Positions 23,484 to 36,333 of a stretch of 64,000 nt of DNA are shown in pieces. Under the pieces are notes generated by a model, which was not told the DNA's origin, searched no databases, and worked only from the letters and a program-made list of their open reading frames with translations. A program made the translations under genes and the position numbers. The stretch is from positions 36,704,001-36,768,000 of the forward strand of contig JBHGNT010000001.1 of assembly GCA_043228905.1 (NCBI GenBank). Direction: 5' to 3'. The first letter of the stretch is position 1. Each line of letters begins with the position of its first letter. This DNA is from Azolla caroliniana (Eukaryota; Plantae; Polypodiophyta).

Positions 23484-26400
23484 AACTATTGGTTGTATTT
23501 TGTAGCAGATATGCTTTTTAAAACTAATGGAAGGATATCTTGTTTAGAGAAAAAAATAAAAATATCGGTAATACTCTTGCAATTCATTATGAGAACTAAT
23601 ATGAAATTTGGATACACATCATATCTATTTATGGATGTCAGCCACGATATTGAATGACGATTGAACTGCTCATAGTATATTACCAATTAACATGTCATTA
23701 GAATATGTGATATAGCACAATGTGGAATAAATGATTTTTTATATCGTAGTTTGATTTATTAGGACATGGAATATTGTAAGACACAGTTATCCAAGCATGA
23801 TGATCGTTCAAATTGTGATTTCCAATCTTAAGATTGTGAGTAGGAGACACGGACAATTAATTGATTTTGCATTTACTATAAAATTCTTTCACTAGTTAAT
23901 TTCATTGATATTATATGTTTGCTCGTAAATCGCTGCCTTTAAAACATCAAAAGATGTCATATTGTCTACACCACAAAGAGTGAAAAATGATATGTTTGCT
24001 AACTAATGTGATGTAGTGTTTTTGTGGTAAAAAAAAGAGAGTGAAAATGATAGCGTCGACCTTCAAACTTGGAGAAAACTTAATTTGTTTCACATCTAAC
24101 GCTTTATAATGATGACATACCTTTGTCCCTTGTTGTTTTAAGTATATTGGTATATACCCTTCTTAATAATAAAAGTTTGTCGTGTTCTTATGCCTTCACA
24201 CCTAATCCAATATAATGATAATATCAATTTTGCCCCTTGTGGTTTTAACTATACGAGAATATACTTCTAATAAAGAAAGTAAGCTTCGAAAAGTAGAATT
24301 TTCCATTCGAGTACTTAACTTTTAAAAAACGTGAGAATTATTTTGGTGTTCAAGTCATTATTCCTCCAATGATCTTGCTAGTAGCTACCCCAATAATAGT
24401 CGTGCAAAAGTAAGAGTTAAATATATTACTATTTGCCGTAAAATGTTGCAAATCAATATTTCTTACTTTTCGTCAAAGCGAGAAATCAAAATCTGAAATA
24501 ATGCTACGTTCGACCAGAGGTATTGGCATTACCCTAAACAACAACTAAGATTTATTTCTCGCATGCATATGTTCAACAAAGCATCTCATGACAATATTTT
24601 CTATTAATGTGCTCTAAGGGTTGTCCATGTGCATCTAAAAACATGTTATGTGATTTCTCTATTATTTCCACGCATGCATGCACAATCCATGGTGCAACAA
24701 ACCTTTGCATGCTCAATACAAGTTTTTTCAGCTATGCCTCAAATGGATGTACAATATACATAAATGACTCAATTTGCTTAACATAGTAAAATGTTTCATT
24801 GAAAGTTTTGAAAGTGTTCAACTCCAATATGCATTAAACTACAATATTGGGTATAAAGTTCCAACATATGGTAGGAAGCTTTTATGTTAATAGTTTACAT
24901 ATTACAAAAGATCATCGGTAAGTATGAAATATACGAGCCACACATCATCGATTCCATACTAGAATAGACTCAATATATGCAAGAACTTTCTTGTTTGAAG
25001 AGCTTGGTTAGCCATAATATAGGTTAGAGAACCACATGCCATGACAAAAGAGTTTGCATTAACCCTTTGCGATTTAAAAGACCATGCCACCTATAAAGGT
25101 ATAAGAAGGCCAAAACCTAGAGTACCGCCAAACTCATTTTAATTTCTCACATTAGAAAATTCCTACCATGAAAGTGTTATGCTCATTTGCTTTCATGACC
25201 ATACACATAAAGCAATGTCTCTTGAATCATATAATTGAGAAACTTTTGATGTGTGCCATCATTACCTAGGTGTCAACACAAAAGGAAAACATTAGCTCTT
25301 GAAATTGAGCACACAAGGTCATGCAAACAACCTTTTACGTGTTAGTGCATATACATGGCTAACACATCATCATTCATGTTCATGCATATTTTACAAGAAT
25401 TTGAAACCAAGTGTAGATATGGACTACATTATAATATATTCACAAAGTTCCAATTGACAAACTCTGTTTTTCTTGTGATGTTGTCACATAAGTAGAAGAC
25501 TTTTGCGATTTTTAATCAATTCTACTCAATGGCACCATTGAGGTTTCAAAGTGATATTTCCAACTCGACTCAACAAGTTTCTATAAATAAGTGGTAAGTG
25601 ACAATTGGCAAGCTTACTACAATACAATATTGCACTTTTTAAGCAATGTGATGAATTCCACTTGAAGTTACACGAGTTTTGATGGTGGGACAACCTGTAA
25701 ATTTTTTACAGAAAGCTGCAACTACTTAGATGGAAATAATTGATTGGAAAATTAGGCGAAACAACTCATAGCACGTTGTACAAATGTCCAATAATTAATT
25801 TCATTTCTAATTTTAGAAACAATATGAAGGCCTCCTAGATGGAAGAAGTTTGATGCTTTGTTGCCACTTTTTGGAAGGGGAAGGTAAGGTGTTACGTGCA
25901 TTGTTGTTTTCCGTGTAAAGCATAAAATAAGAAGAAATCGTAGAGTTGGAGCTTTGTAGCCTTGTAACATAAATGTGCAAGAGTGGATTGTGCACATTGC
26001 ATGTCATAGGTAACTCGTGGATGCAAAAGCGTTAAAAAGTGAGTGTAGACACTAAAGCAAAAGTTTTGGTTGAACCTCACATTATAACTTTGAGGCACTT
26101 CCAAGGAAAGGTGCTCAATGCAAACTTGTCTAGAAAAATGTGAGAGATGCAAAAGGGCTAATTTCACCATGTTTCAGATACACAAAGTGCATGCGAGTAT
26201 TTGTCGCAAAGAGAATATAATGAGCATTTGAGAAGGCTTTCAAATAAACGACAAATTTCTTTTGTCCTCTAAGAAACTTTGTGACGTGCCTAAAGGCAAT
26301 TTTTTTTCTTGTTTTCATTATGTCGATAATCACACACAACCCACCCCTGAATCTCCCTTTCCAAATTTTGGGTATGTATATAATATCTAAATTGAAACAT

Positions 26401-26640
26401 TTGTACATAGTTTTTTATTGGAAGCTCGACTAAGTTATGGTAAATAAAAGATAAACAATAACAAGAGGTAACATGCACAATTTTTAAATAGAAAAGAAAG
26501 GTGGGTAATGGTGGAGAAATAGTGGGGGTGGAAGCATATGTTTTAGTGCTGGAAGGAGTACACAAAGCGTAAATGTGGAGTGGGGGTTTGAGAGAGAGAG
26601 AGAGACGGAGAGAGAGGAGAGAGATAGAGAGAGAGAGTGT

Positions 26641-26708
26641 GTGTAGCTCAGTTGGTAAGGTTGCCCGATGGAGACCGGGTGGTCATGGGTTCATCCCTTA
26701 CATTCCAC
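26641..26708 (+). other. tRNA-like sequence (tRNA pseudogene or SINE head)
   Basis: A box TAGCTCAGTTGG, stem GCCCG...CGGGT, B box GGTTCATCCC; cloverleaf imperfect. Confidence 0.6.
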
Positions 26709-26765
26709 GGTGGCATCTAGAGAATTAAGAGTATATGAAGTATATAATAAAGAGGTGAGGAAATT

Positions 26766-26820
26766 GAGTTTCGAACCCATGATGCAATGCTTGTAGTGTT
26801 AACAGCTTACCACTAGGGTA
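26766..26820 (-). other. Second, convergent tRNA-like sequence
   Basis: Minus strand reads taccctagtggtaa...catgggttcgaaactc (A-box-like and B box). Confidence 0.5.
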
Positions 26821-28611
26821 AGGTAATTAAGATAAAAGAGAGAGAGAGAGAGAGAGGGTATTATAGGGCATTCATCTCCCTACATAGGCCCATGTGATAT
26901 GCAGAGGAGAGTAAGAAGTGTTGTAACTAAGTGGGTTTTACATACAATTAATATAATTGTGTGCTTTTACCAAAGAGAGAGAGAGAACTTAGGCAACATT
27001 CAAGCATGAAAACACGACCCAAATATATACATATAGTGCAAATTGTCAATGACCAATAACTTCCATGCTAAAGAGGGTGAAGTTGAATGGGAGTTGGGCG
27101 AGATCAGGACATTGAATACCAAATGACGAGAAAGTTTGTGCAAATAGTGGTTGAACAATCTTTCTAACTCTTCATTTAGAGAGAGAGCAAAGGGGATTTG
27201 GGAGGCATCTAAACACCTAAACATCATATAGCCAATAGATAATGGGTACATAAGAGTTCCAAAATATCTTTTAGAAGTAGTTTTGCAATGTAAGTTGTAA
27301 TAGAAATGTAATATCTGAATGTAGGAAGAAGGTATGATGTAGATGATGAAAGAGTGAGAATGTTGATTCTCCTTTCAAATATGAGAGTCCAAGATAGGTA
27401 AATAAGGAAAATATGTTCCTCTTTGAATGAGTTCTCCATTCTCTTTATTAAAACGCTAAAGTGGAGTGGACACATAAGAGTGCATATCTCTTTCCTATTT
27501 ACGTAGGTGAAACATGAGATACAAGGAGACACTTGTTAAGAGTGTCAACGAGGACACTTTGTAGTTAGTATATTTCTTTCATGGTCAAGTTTGGTTAAAA
27601 AATTTCCTTCTTGGAGGAATGCTTCCATTGAGACATTGGTGAGTGTTGTTATCATATGAAGCGATTTATACACACCCTATTATTATGAACACATATGCAA
27701 GCTATTCTAGGGGCACTTGAGTGATTTTGCCTATTGGAAAGGTTAAGGCTCATCATTGAAATATTAGCTTTAGTACAAGATTGAGTATTGAATCACATAA
27801 TAGTTTGCTGCTCTGGGATACTCGGTGACAAGTCTTACTCTACATTTGTTACCTTAAGCTATTGTATGAACTAATTTGATCCACAACCTCATTAGCCCAA
27901 TGGCATGTTTTCATTGGCTCTGTATAGGGTTAGAAAGGAAAATGAGGCACTTAAGGTCTAATGGGTTTGTGAGCATCTCCCTATGTGTGGGATGAACAAT
28001 ATTGTTATAAAGTAAAAAATGGCAAGGGTTGAAGGAGTTTTTTGAATCGAGAGATGAAGAAGAGCCCTCAAATGCAAGCGTCGATGGCTAAGTGAGGGAA
28101 CTAATGTTTGACCATTCGTTGATCATTAAGTGTCATTGGGTATTATGTAGGTCATTAAAACCTCTCTTTCTCCAGAGATTTGTTCATGCTTCATCGTTTT
28201 TAGTTGCTGTGAAGCTTTGTTGGACAAGGGAATCTGTTGGCACAAGTGATACGAGCTACTGGAGAGAGAGAGAGAGAGAGTTCTTTCATCAGTGGAGTTT
28301 TCATCTTGCCGATTAGAATTTCAACATGTTCCACTACCCTTCGAGTGGTGACCATACTCCATCATGGTACCATTGTAGTGTTTTTCACACACATTCATCA
28401 ATATAATCATTTGCTTTCACATGAGAGAGAGAGGTTTTGGCCTCCAATAGAGTGTGAGAATGGCAAGAGCGTTAATATTCATGGTAGCAAGGGAGATAAG
28501 GTTGAAAACGTGATCATTTGGCACTAGTGCCTAACATTGAAGCCAAACATACATATTGAGGGTCGATGGGGACAAATTTGATGGGACAAAGACGGTGGTG
28601 TGACCACACGA

Positions 28612-28686
28612 GACACGTCAGCGGGGGGGGGGGGGGGGGGGGGGAGAAACGGACCAAAACAGTTGAGAGGAAGATCGGCCACGTCA
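28612..28686 (+). promoter_or_regulatory. ACGT-core (G-box/ABRE-like) elements upstream of the MAPKKK
   Basis: gacacgtca at 28612-28620 and ggccacgtca at 28677-28686, flanking a poly-G run. Confidence 0.4.
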
Positions 28687-29105
28687 TTTAGCAAATAAAT
28701 AAATACATACATACATTATACATACATACATAACATACATACATAGGAAATGAATGGGGAATACAAAAAAGAAAAGAAAAACTGGCCAACCTCAACCTCA
28801 ACCTCCTCCTCCTTTTTCCCTCTTTCTTGAGGTTCACCTTCTTCTCATTTCCTTTCCTTCTTCTTCTTCTTCTTCCCTTCTTCCTCTTCTTCTCGACGGC
28901 ATATTACTTCTTCCCCTGTGCCTTCCTTCCCTCTGTTCTAATTCCCTTCCATTCTTACCATCCTCCTTTGCCTTCTACCCTAATCCTTCTACTCATTTCT
29001 GATCCCCGCCCTTCATGATCCTTTCTTTATCTCCTTTCCTAATTATCCCTCTTCTGAGAGGGCCCCTACAATCTCTGCTCGTTATTCATAAAACCCACAG
29101 CCAAA

Positions 29106-30782
29106 ATGCCCTCCCCACCCCCTCCCCCATCTGCTTCATCTCATTCATCATCTTCTTCGAGTATTAGCCATTGGATCCGTGGCAACGAAATTGGGTCAGG
29201 GTCATTCGGCCGGGTGAGCCTAGCCATAAACAGAGCGAATGGGGAGCTTTTCGCCGTGAAATCGGTGGCACGGTCAGGCTGTGCTGCTGAAGAGGCCCTC
29301 AAGAATGAGTTCCGCATCCTGAGTGGCCTCGACTCCCCACATGTTGTACGTTGCTTGGGCGGTGACCAGACATTAGAGGATGGGGTCCCCACTTTGAACC
29401 TGTTCATGGAGTATATGGGCGGTGGGAACCTAACTGATATGATGAAGAAATTCGGTTGTTGCCCCTTGGAAGAACCTCTGGTCAGGGTTTACACCAGAGG
29501 GATTCTCCAAGGTCTCCATTATCTGCACACACGGGGCGTAGTACATTGCGACATCAAGGGGAAGAACGTGTTGATTGGGTCCTCAGGCGGCATCAAAATC
29601 GCTGATTTCGGTTCCGCTAAATGCATTGTGGTAGAAGAGAATGAGCATTTGTCAGAGAAGAAGAAGCAGAACAAGACGGAGTTTGAAGAATCATCTTTGG
29701 CGATGAAGGAATTGCATCCGAGCTCTGGTTATGGCGTTCGTGGTACCCCCCTTTGGATGGCCCCTGAAGTAATCCAAGCTAGGGATCAAGGACCCGCGTC
29801 AGATATTTGGTCTCTTGGCTGTACCGTCATTGAGATGGCCACTGGTAAGCCTCCTTGGAGTTTTACTGCTGGAGGTTTAATGGCGGCTCTGATGCAAAAG
29901 GAAGAACAAAGAGGAGGAGTAGAAGAAGAAGGAAGAGACGTGGAAGGAGAAGAAGAAACGGAAGGAAGAAGCAGAAGATTACGAAGAAGGAGAAACCCAG
30001 AAGAGCTATTTCTGCCATTGCCAGGTTGCTTGTCCGAAGAAGGTAAAGACTTTCTGAGTAGGTGTTTGCAGAGAGACCCAAAGCAGAGATGGACCAGCGA
30101 AGAGCTTCTAAAGCACCCGTTTGTAGAGAGGAAGGAGATGAAGGAGGAAGCGGAGGAGGAGGAGAAAGTGGCCGTGGCCATAGATCATTGTGCAGAGAAG
30201 AAAGTCACTGAAGAGGAAGGTCGCCATAGCACTAATGGCGTAATCAAGAGAGCGGCAGCGGCAGCGAAGGTTCCCTTATCGCCCACTAGCGTGTTAGATT
30301 TGAGCTGCTCTGCGGAGATAGGTCTGTGGAGCGAGTGGAATAGGTGGATTCCAGAACTACATTTAGATAAGAAGAAGAAGAAGAGGAGGAGGAGGAGAGG
30401 AGAAGAAGGGGCTGCGACAAATGGAGGAGGATGGATCACCGTTCGATCGTGCAGGGGATCCGACGGCGACGGGCATGGAGGCAGGGCAGCCGTGGGATGT
30501 GGCAGATCGGACGGTGGCTGGGATGAAGGGGGGCAGAGGCCGTTGTCGAGCTTTATGCGAGGGGGTGACGTCGTGGGCGTGGTTCGGCGGAGCGCTGGTG
30601 ACGTGAATTTCGAGTGCTGCAGTTTCCTGCGACGCCGATCAGGGCCTCCGCCGCCGCCCGCCGTAACGGCCGAAAAAGCAACCGCTGCGGTTGACCCCCT
30701 CCTGGTAAAGTGCTCCCCCTCCCCTGCTTCTCCACGTCACCATCCCAGGCCAGCTCAGCTTGCTAAGTTGGACGCCACGTGA
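29106..30782 (+). CDS. Intronless MEKK-type MAP kinase kinase kinase (Arabidopsis MAPKKK13-21-like clade)
   Basis: WIRGNEIGSGSFG, FAVKS, HCDIKGKN, DFG, GTPLWMAPE, SDIWSLGCTVIEMATGKPPW; C-terminal SPTSVLD and GGWITVR motifs. Confidence 0.93.
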   Translation: MPSPPPPPSASSHSSSSSSISHWIRGNEIGSGSFGRVSLAINRANGELFAVKSVARSGCAAEEALKNEFRILSGLDSPHVVRCLGGDQTLEDGVPTLNLFMEYMGGGNLTDMMKKFGCCPLEEPLVRVYTRGILQGLHYLHTRGVVHCDIKGKNVLIGSSGGIKIADFGSAKCIVVEENEHLSEKKKQNKTEFEESSLAMKELHPSSGYGVRGTPLWMAPEVIQARDQGPASDIWSLGCTVIEMATGKPPWSFTAGGLMAALMQKEEQRGGVEEEGRDVEGEEETEGRSRRLRRRRNPEELFLPLPGCLSEEGKDFLSRCLQRDPKQRWTSEELLKHPFVERKEMKEEAEEEEKVAVAIDHCAEKKVTEEEGRHSTNGVIKRAAAAAKVPLSPTSVLDLSCSAEIGLWSEWNRWIPELHLDKKKKKRRRRRGEEGAATNGGGWITVRSCRGSDGDGHGGRAAVGCGRSDGGWDEGGQRPLSSFMRGGDVVGVVRRSAGDVNFECCSFLRRRSGPPPPPAVTAEKATAAVDPLLVKCSPSPASPRHHPRPAQLAKLDAT

Positions 30783-31401
30783 CATCCTCCCATCCGTCAT
30801 CCGCACTTTGTAAAATGGACGCCCCCTCCAAAAAAAAAAAGGAACAAATCCGCACGCGCACGAACACATATTTTCGATCAAACAAAAAATAAATAAAACA
30901 TGAACAAAAGGTATTTTTGCATGAAACTCAACGACATCATTTTTGTGTTTTATTTTTAATTTTAGTTTATGTTGGAGGAAGTAAACTCACCACGTTTATT
31001 TTTATAAGAATGAGGCATCTTGCGGACCGCGGTGCTATATATGTACGTGTTGGTAGGGAAGTTCCCCAATGTGTACAATTTTAAGTTCCCTAATGTTTTC
31101 CTTGGGGTATTTGCCATGGGTTAGTTACATTAGATTACAAAATAGGAGAGTAATAGATGAAATGAAAATGCATACCCAATTTGATTTACAGGGGCTATAG
31201 AGGCCTCAAGACACTCGTGTTTGGATATCAAACTAATTGTGAGTGTTTTTTTTCTGAGCAATAAGGTTGTAGGCAATGTGCTTTTCTAAGTAATTGTTAA
31301 CACATTAAATATTTATGGTCTAGATATATTGTTGTTATTCATTTATGTGTTAACTATATATTTTGTATTTGTTGTTTCCTGCAAATAGGACGTGCATATC
31401 G

Positions 31402-31488
31402 TAGAGATTGTGTTGTGTCCAATGCCAATGTCATGCCAAGTATGTGTGCATTGAGGGTGAACGATAATACAAATTCATTCATTGAGAA
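31402..31488. repeat. Dispersed repeat of about 80-90 bp; second copy at about 44293-44369
   Basis: gtagagattgtgttgtgtccaatgccaa...agggtgaa...tacaaattcattcattgagaa in both. Confidence 0.85.
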
Positions 31489-34400
31489 ATTGGAGCAAGT
31501 AATGGTCTTCCATCAATAACTCTCTCGAAGCATTAGAGACATGGGTAGCATAAATCACAATAAAGTATTAATCATAGGCTTTGCTTTCATCGTTGTTTTA
31601 TATAGTCATGACCTAATAGATGAAATGCTTGGGGTATATTTAGACACGCAATATGTGTGACCGATGAATGAGTGAAGTCTTCGAACGATTTATTGAAGAT
31701 ATTGTAATGTTCGAGAAATGGTAGGGTGTCTTGTTTACATGGGATCTATGTTGCTTGTAAAACTTTTGGTTATTAAGTAATATGTGTTTGTGTGAAAAAT
31801 AAAGAATATACGCATGCCTTAATGTTGATATTGCCCACACGGTTAATGAATCAAGTGTGCATGTGTGACTCTGCCCTTCATGAAAGATTTTAAATCTTCA
31901 TTCAATTATTTTAATCGGCATCTAAGTGTCCATGTTTTGTCAAGTATGCTTCTGTGAATATTGCAAATTTTGTTAAGAAACAAAAAACACTCATGAGTTG
32001 CCCACTTGTTATTTTCAATTTAATATGCTACTTTGCAACCTTAGAATTTGACCCACCAAACGAATATAATCTCACACAAATTGATAGATGGTCGTGGGAG
32101 AACCATATCTCTTAAGTGTTTTTTACAAATTTAGTAGGATGCCCCTTTGATAGATTAAATGTGTGAGGCATTTAAGTTAGGTATCCATTTTTTAATTATC
32201 TAGATACATTGAGTGACAATCAACACAAGCAATGAGAACATGGAATGGAAGACATGTATTCTAGTCCATGTGAATCAACTATGTACGTGTTCTCACAATT
32301 ATTGGAGATTGCCAAGAAAGAAACATAATGAAAAGCAAGGATAAATGAAGCACCAGGAAACCATAGATCCAATATAGCCATTGTTGGCATGGATAGGTGT
32401 TAATTACTTCTCACATGTGATTAAATTAAGGTTGGATTGTTGCATATGGTACATGGGTTAGTCATTGGGGCCAAGAACCTATTGTATAAGAGTGAAGCTT
32501 AGAAGTATTGTAGATTATTTCTCACTTTCACCCACTTAGTTGTGTTCTGTACACACTCACTTGGGAGCAAATGAAGTAGATCACTCTTGAATGAAACACT
32601 CTATCGTAGTCACACTTCGACACTTTGCTAATGATTTCATAAATATATTTGTCTTGTACATGACACCCTTTATTTTCAATACCTGTCTATTCATACTTGT
32701 ATTTTTTGTAATATTTAACAATCATAGGTTGTTGTAATCTAGAAAAGAAGGGATTGGGTAGCTTTCGGAGGATAAAAAAAAAGCAAACAAAATTTATTTG
32801 TCTTATGTTAATTGGGACCTTACAATGTATTCTAGCCTCTAAGGTACGAAGTTGATCACATTGAGTGCCATAGTGAAATGTATAGAAACATTGTCTCTCT
32901 TTTGGAAAGAAAAATGCAAAACCATTTTGCAGTTTTTGCTCTTGGGCTTCAAGCATGCCTAGGGAGATCTAGTGACATCATGAGTAGTGTGTCGTAGTTT
33001 GACTTATATTGAAGTATCACATTTATGCCTAACTTAATTCTATCACACGTGTAGCGTGTCTATATTTGTTGAATTGTGATAAACTAGTTTATCATGTGAC
33101 TTCCCCCCTAGACTTTATTTCAAATAACTCCAAGAAGAACCTTAAATATCAAATTCATAACAGATTTTTTCTTGGATAAAACCCATGTGGCTAAGGAGCA
33201 AATGCTTCACATATGCTCAATTTTGTTTACTAAACATTGTTAAAAACGGACTTCAAAGGAGAAGTAATGCAATTCTTTCTTGCATAGATTTTGATGATTG
33301 TTGAAGTTTAAATGACCATAAGAAATTTTTGTTTGCCATAATATTCCAATGATGAGATGTAGAGGACTTATATGTAGGTATTGAAATGCCTATGCAAGTG
33401 GTTGACATGTCATGACTATTCTTTCCACTCTCTGCAACATGTCAATCTCTCGTCATTTCACCCTTATGAATCGTAATTATAGAACAACCCTTTTAATTTC
33501 TGCTATTGTTTGTTGCACTAAATTAGTTCGTCTTCCCTTTAAATTTCTAGAAACCATCCAACCTCCTACGTTTTGGCTACAATTCCTTAGCATACTCATG
33601 ATTAGTGCCCTCTAGCCCTCCCTTTTCCATGTTAAGAGATTTAAAGCTAACAAACAATACATAGACACTTTCTTGGTTTACTTAATGAAAACATGAATGC
33701 ACAATCATAGTGAGATGTTGGAATCAACAATGACAATAAAGAAGCTTTCAGATCACTCGGGTATTCGTTGGATTTGCAATTGTACCAACAATATAATACA
33801 TATGGGTTGGCATATCTTCATCCAATATTACCTTCACGATCTCTCAATACGCACAAGTTTAGTTCATTCACATTAAATTTATCTGGTCCAACATAAAGTG
33901 AAGATTTATGCATGATACACTTATTTATTGTCGAGAGTTGGTGTTCAAATTGCGAAACATTCATTGAAATATGTGCCATGTGATATTATATTGTATACCA
34001 CATGTTTTATTACTTGGAAGTTGGAATACAAAACATATGTCCATGTATTTTGAAGTTTCAAGTTATCACAATATTAACACATTGTATAAATGTCACTCTG
34101 CCCATGCATTATAGTTGGGCTAATCTCATAACGATTGTTCATTGTAATTGTGGAAGGGATTAGGAGTAAACATGTATTAACACCCCCAATAGCATTGCCT
34201 ATTTTTATCATTTAATTGAGCTTATATCTGAATATTCCTAGTCCAAGTACATGCCAATTACAAGATGTATACAATCAACATTTCATTTGTTCTTGAAGAG
34301 AGAAGAGGGATCAAGGTAGGTGGATAATAAAACACGGTTGCAGGAAATTAGTTGTGTGAAGCAACAACTTTGTTTTGTGGAGTGTGGTCTTTATTCTTTG

Positions 34401-34930
34401 CTAAAAAGTAACGTAGATCTAAAGGGATCCATGAGGTTTAAATAAGCTTCATATGATTTATAAAGGAAAATTTGCATACATGTATGCCTTTAGAAGGCCC
34501 AATATATCATATATGTAAAAAATGAAATATATAGAAAACAAACTAAGAAGGATCTATTGTTCCATTACATTTATATCTAAGATACATACTCCAATTCGGA
34601 ACAGTGCAATAGAAATGATGAAGAAAACAATTGAGGAATGGGTTACAGTGTTAAAGTTTCGGAATGTTATTAAACAACATTTTTAAGATTCAAAATTACA
34701 ATATTCTTCTTGCATCGAGATGTAACTTGAGCAAATAAAATTAGCAATTGATATGTGCAAAGGTCTTAGATGCCACTGGGTGACTTGCATTCATCGTATC
34801 ATTATAATAATAGAGGAATAGTGCCATAGTTGAAGGGTATTCTGGAAGCTCGTATGTAGTAAGTATTCATCCTCAAATGATAAAATTCACCCATACATGG
34901 CTCATCAAAGAGATAGATAGATATGTAGAT

Positions 34931-34991
<61 letters not shown>

Positions 34992-35196
34992 CTATACATA
35001 TTTAGGTGCTCTTTAGAGGGTGAGGAGGGAACTTGGAGAAACTCAAGGGTAAATTGAAATAAGGGAATAAGGAAATGCAAACGGGGAGGGGGCATTTGGG
35101 GAATAAATAGAAAGTATACAGGGGCTATTTTGAATATGTAATACACATTCCACAACTCTGTCTTCTTCTTCTTCGGTTTTCGTCCATTTCTCGCCG

Positions 35197-36333
35197 ATGG
35201 CGCACCAAGAAAAGCGTCATGGCGACGGGAACCTCGTTCTGCAGCAGAAGCATGCCGCGATGCTCCGCCGCCTCGCAGCTAAAGAAGAAGCTCGGCATCA
35301 GATCTCTTCCGCTCGACGCGCAGGATATGTTGCCTCGGCCGACCCTGAAGAATCCACTGATCGCTTCTTGCTTTCCTTCTCTGAAACCTGCAGGAAGATA
35401 GAACTGCATCTCTCTTCTCATCTAGGAATGGAATCTTCATCTTCTTCTGCACAGGTAGGGTCTCTTTCTTTGAAAGATTCGCTTGAACGTCTTGCTCTTG
35501 AGCTCTCCGAGCTTGAGCGACACCTTGCAGAGAAAACGTATTTTCTTCCTGCCTTTGAGGTTCGATCTTGTCAGGATGCGGTATCTAGCTTGCGTGAGAA
35601 GATTGATTCTGCTAATGCACGGCTTCTTCCAAAGAAGAGATTTTCGTTTAAGAGTAAAACAAGTAAAGACCAGAGGTCCATAGAAGAAGATGGAAAAGAC
35701 ACAAAGATTCTTCAGACTAGTGCTGCTAAGGTAATAGAAGAGGGGAATGAACTTTCCGAAAAGGAGAGAAGCAAAGTCTCTTTGGAAGGTTTCAATGCAT
35801 TTGCATCCTGCAGAATCCATGACATCAAAGATTCCATTATTGTTCGAGATCTTAAGCATGAAAAAGCAGAAGAGATCACGCTAGAAAACCTCGCTGGTTG
35901 CAAAGTGTTCTTAAAAGGCGAATGCAGAGCTCTTTATATTCATCAATTGGAGAATTGTGAGGTTTATTCAGGTCCTATTACAAGTTCGGTGCTTATTGAT
36001 GAAGTACAAGATTGCATACTGATGCTAGCATCTCATCAGATCCGAATACATCACACCAAAAGGACAGATCTATACCTTCGTGTTCGCAGTAGGCCCATTG
36101 TTGAATATACTAGTGATGTTAGGGTTGCTCCATATTCATTTTCTTATCATGGGATTGAAGATGACCTACTCCAAGCAAACTTACAAGAGGAGACAGGCCT
36201 ATGGCAGAATGTTGATGATTTCAGATGGTTACGAGCGGTTCCTTCCCCACATTGGTGCATTCTCCCTGAGGCTAATCGATTACCACTTATTGATGGAACA
36301 TCAGTGATCGAGGGAGGGAGACTTCAAACTTGA
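35197..36333 (+). CDS. TBCC: Tubulin-folding cofactor C (PORCINO-like), intronless, 378 aa
   Basis: N-terminal helical domain ending LLPKKRFSFK; C-terminal CARP/TBCC beta-helix with LASHQIRIH, VRSRPIVE, VAPY and WQNVDDFRWLRAVPSPHW. Confidence 0.95.
   Translation: MAHQEKRHGDGNLVLQQKHAAMLRRLAAKEEARHQISSARRAGYVASADPEESTDRFLLSFSETCRKIELHLSSHLGMESSSSSAQVGSLSLKDSLERLALELSELERHLAEKTYFLPAFEVRSCQDAVSSLREKIDSANARLLPKKRFSFKSKTSKDQRSIEEDGKDTKILQTSAAKVIEEGNELSEKERSKVSLEGFNAFASCRIHDIKDSIIVRDLKHEKAEEITLENLAGCKVFLKGECRALYIHQLENCEVYSGPITSSVLIDEVQDCILMLASHQIRIHHTKRTDLYLRVRSRPIVEYTSDVRVAPYSFSYHGIEDDLLQANLQEETGLWQNVDDFRWLRAVPSPHWCILPEANRLPLIDGTSVIEGGRLQT

Noticed and set aside
24500-26400. Coding-like degenerate sequence, possibly a DNA transposon or Helitron protein
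   Set aside because: No diagnostic motif could be read in any frame; BLASTx would be needed.
26641-26708. Functional tRNA gene
   Set aside because: Acceptor and D stems are imperfect, the anticodon loop is abnormal and there is no T-run terminator.
27000-28500. Possible retroelement remnant upstream of the MAPKKK
   Set aside because: Too degenerate to assign from sequence alone.
29141-30881. Antisense and alternate-frame ORFs over the MAPKKK (likewise over TBCC and PRD1)
   Set aside because: Shadow ORFs of real coding sequence with low-complexity translations.
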